Assembly: GCF_902713615.1 (NCBI RefSeq)
Contig: NW_024055475.1
Location: 124,001-188,000 of the forward strand
Origin: Scyliorhinus canicula
Lineage: Eukaryota
DNA: 64,000 nucleotides
Direction: 5' to 3'
A program made the position numbers and the translations under genes. This document shows, in pieces, positions 60,961 to 64,000 of this stretch. The stretch's first letter is position 1; every line of letters starts with the position of its first letter. The notes beneath the pieces were generated by a model. That model made no database searches. It saw nothing but the letters and a program-made list of their open reading frames with translations, and was not told the DNA's origin.

Positions 60961-63900
60961 TTTAGGACTTCCGTGGCGAATGTCACCAATTGTCACAATT
61001 CACAAAGTTAAATAATTATATTAATCAATTATGATCAACTCACAACATAAATAGTTGCATTCACCAATTACTTTCGGCATTTGGTTTTACAAAATGTAAA
61101 TGCAATTCATTTAAGGGAGGTGGCTTTGAGACCAGGAAGAGATCAGCCATGATGATTGAATGGCGGAGCAGGCTCAAAGGGCTGAATTTCCGAATTCTGC
61201 TCCTAATTCCTATGTTCCTATAATTTATTGAGATTAAACTTCATTGAGATAGCATTGACCATTCTGTCACCAACAAGTAACATCTGCATCAGAATTCAAT
61301 GTGAAATAGAATTAAACCACACCGAGGATAATGTGCAGCTACCCAGCAGCCTCTGCGCTGTATTGGTCAGTAATCACCTCATCGTCAAACAGAATCGCCG
61401 GACTGGAGTGTGAGATAATTTTTGAAGTGTCGGTAAAAATTAAAATACCTGTACCTTATGTGACGTTAATTAATCCTTAAATCCCGATTTGTTATTACAC
61501 TGTTTTGGAAAGTAATTCAACGTCTGCAGCTGTCCACTGAGTTTTACAGGATTTCTGTTTTCAGTCTGGTGTCTTCATTAATTTGGGTTGGGACATCTGG
61601 AGTGAATTATTGTACATGAAATGACCTCATGCCCACAATATTCCACCCGTCCATCCTCACTGTAATCATGTTCCCGCTTTCTGTCTTTGAGATGAAGATT
61701 CACCATCAGCGGAGAAGAATCGCCAGGACCGCAGGAATATCTCCAGTTTCCTCTTAGTGACGTCCAGCTCGTCAGTTCCCGATAGTCTGGGGATGGAACT
61801 CACCCAGAAAAACTGGAACCACCGAATTTATTAGACTGCCACAAATTATGAAGGACCTGCTTTAATTTATCAAGCGCAAAATTAAGAATGTAGAACAACA
61901 TCTTTCAGACCATCTATCCATGCATCCGTCAACCACATTCATTACTTCCTTAATAAAAAATATTCAGGCAGACAACCAACATCCATCCCTACATAAACAT
62001 AGTCATCCCTTTATCTTTTGGCAGGTGGTGGTGTAGTATTAATGTTATTGTACCAGTAATCCAAAGGCCCAGGCTAATTCTGTGGGGACTCAGGTACAAA
62101 TCCCACTATGGTCAGTGGTGGAGTTTGAATTCAATTAATAAATCTGGAATACATAATAATGGTGACCATGAAATCCCCTCTGCATCATCAATGAAGGAAA
62201 TCTGACATCCCTCCCTGGTCTCACCTACATGTGGCTCCAGTCAGACATCAACATGTCTGACTCTTCAGTTCCTTCTGAGCTGGCCCACTCAGTTCAACAG
62301 CAATTAGGGACAGGGAACACATGGTGGTCTTGCCAGTGAGTCCCACATTCCATGGAAGAATAAAGGGAAAAAAACATCAATGCACATGTTTATCTATTAC
62401 AAAATGTATCCCCTGTCTGATAGTCTGATTGTATTTCTATCCATCATCACAATGTTATGAGGTGTGGGAGAGATCCTCCAGCCGGTTAGTGTTGTTAAGA
62501 GAGGCTAGAAAAGCTGGATAACTCTCCTTTCCTTAGAGATGGGAACAGTTCAAATAAGTTCGCAATTTAAAACATAAAATGATCTCCAGTACTGTTGCTG
62601 GGTAGATTTGTTTATAAATAGTCCTCGTTGACAATGTTAAGAGTTTGAAGTTGGCTTGCAGCCAAGCGGTCAGTACTGAGCAAACAGATCTTTGAAACAA
62701 AAATCCAGATGCTTCCTGTAAACAACATTGAACATTCGAGCCTCCCTGACTGCAGGCGGCTGGATTGCTGCCAAATACTGTGTGGGGCAGATTAGCCTGA
62801 ATATGAATGGATTAAATGGGATTTATCCATTCAAACAATAAATGTTTAGACGCACATGAAGTAAACGTTTTAAATAGTGTTCCATGCAAAGAAATATATT
62901 CATTGAATGTTTTGTTCACAATGAGATTAAACACAATCGTAAAATAGTAACCTGACCAGATGCTAATTAATTTATATTAGTTCTGAGTAAAGATCACTCT
63001 AGTTATTAAAGTCCGTTTGTTAAGAACCTAATGACGTAGGAGTGAGTGGTGTTGATGGACCCAATCCACAAGTTCAATAAGATGACTTCAATTACAAAAC
63101 ATAAAATAAAATGAATTAAAAATAAATAAACTGCATTGAATTCGCGGGGGTTCCTAGAATATTCTCCGAACTCTTGATCTCCTTTAAAGGGAGTCATCTC
63201 TTATACCCGATTAATACCGTGTTATGTACAGTTTAATTTGTCTGGATTTCAATTGTTTAACAGTCCCTCTTATTGCTGCCAATGAATGGAGAAATGACCA
63301 GTCCATGACCTGCTTTAGTGGAGAATAAAACATTTATTCCTGTGATATTGTGTAATATGCCTCAAAGTCCTGATAACCGGTGTTCCCAACACCAGTGAAT
63401 GTTAAACAGCCGGTGGTCAGTAAAATTAGCGGCAATGATTTGGATGCTGAAGGATAACTTTGCTGATCGCCGCGTCCGTTCTGATTCATTAACTTCTTGT
63501 CAAAAGCTGGTGTGAATTTTATGTTTCGCTGTCAACTCACTGTTGAATTATCAGGCAAGCGGCTTCTTTTACCGCTAATGTTCACAGGACTGTCTGAGGC
63601 TCAGGGGCAAATCGAGAAATGTAAAGAGAGACATTGTGTAATGTTAGAGTTTCTTTTTGTCTGCAGACCCACATTGTACAGTGTTAGCCATCCGCACTGC
63701 AAATGCAATCACGTCATTCATTCCCTCATTTAGTTACATTATGTCTGATAAATTATACTTTATTGTTGTAATGGGATAGAGTCCCGGAGTACTGCCAATC
63801 TAACTGACAGACGATTTATTCCCCGATAATGTAATTTGATCTGCTTGTGTTCATCCCTTTATATTGGAGTGTAGAAATAAAGAGACTTAATATATAATGG

Positions 63901-64000
63901 AATTAGATTTTACTTAGAGATGTTCAAATATAATTTTCCTTTCGGATGAGGATAGACATTACAATGAATCAATTCAGCCAAACAATTATACCGATCTAAT

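Noticed and set aside
1-64000. D, J or C segments
   Set aside because: No 12-RSS followed by an FGxG motif and no constant Ig exon were recognised; all RSSs found are V-type

Overview
This is eukaryotic DNA from a cartilaginous fish, probably a shark; that assignment is inferred from the SINE/CR1/Penelope repeat complement and the V sequences. It is part of a T-cell receptor alpha/delta-type V gene array. From about 5 to 38 kb I find six V exons with open frames and 23-type RSSs (one has a 24-bp spacer), in both orientations. Four of these look fully functional (13146+, 18017+, 28517-, 33674-). The V ending at 21010- has a transposon-broken leader and the V at 10091- has an ambiguous leader. 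At least eight V pseudogenes or relics and several orphan promoter/leader modules are also present. I found no D, J or C segments. The first 3.2 kb is a decayed tRNA cluster (Val, Arg, Val, and an intron-like-insert Pro). From 38 to 64 kb the sequence is mostly CR1 LINEs, SINEs, a Penelope element and a local 1.2-kb duplication. The most notable observations are: an intronless leader-V gene; CTCF motifs exactly 25 bp downstream of two different V RSSs; near-perfect Penelope-derived hairpins with target-site duplications inserted inside V genes; a repeated V-promoter module that mostly lacks a V; and an Ig-heavy-like V pseudogene. I see no convincing evidence for a wholly new system, so these are candidate novel features of shark TCR locus architecture.
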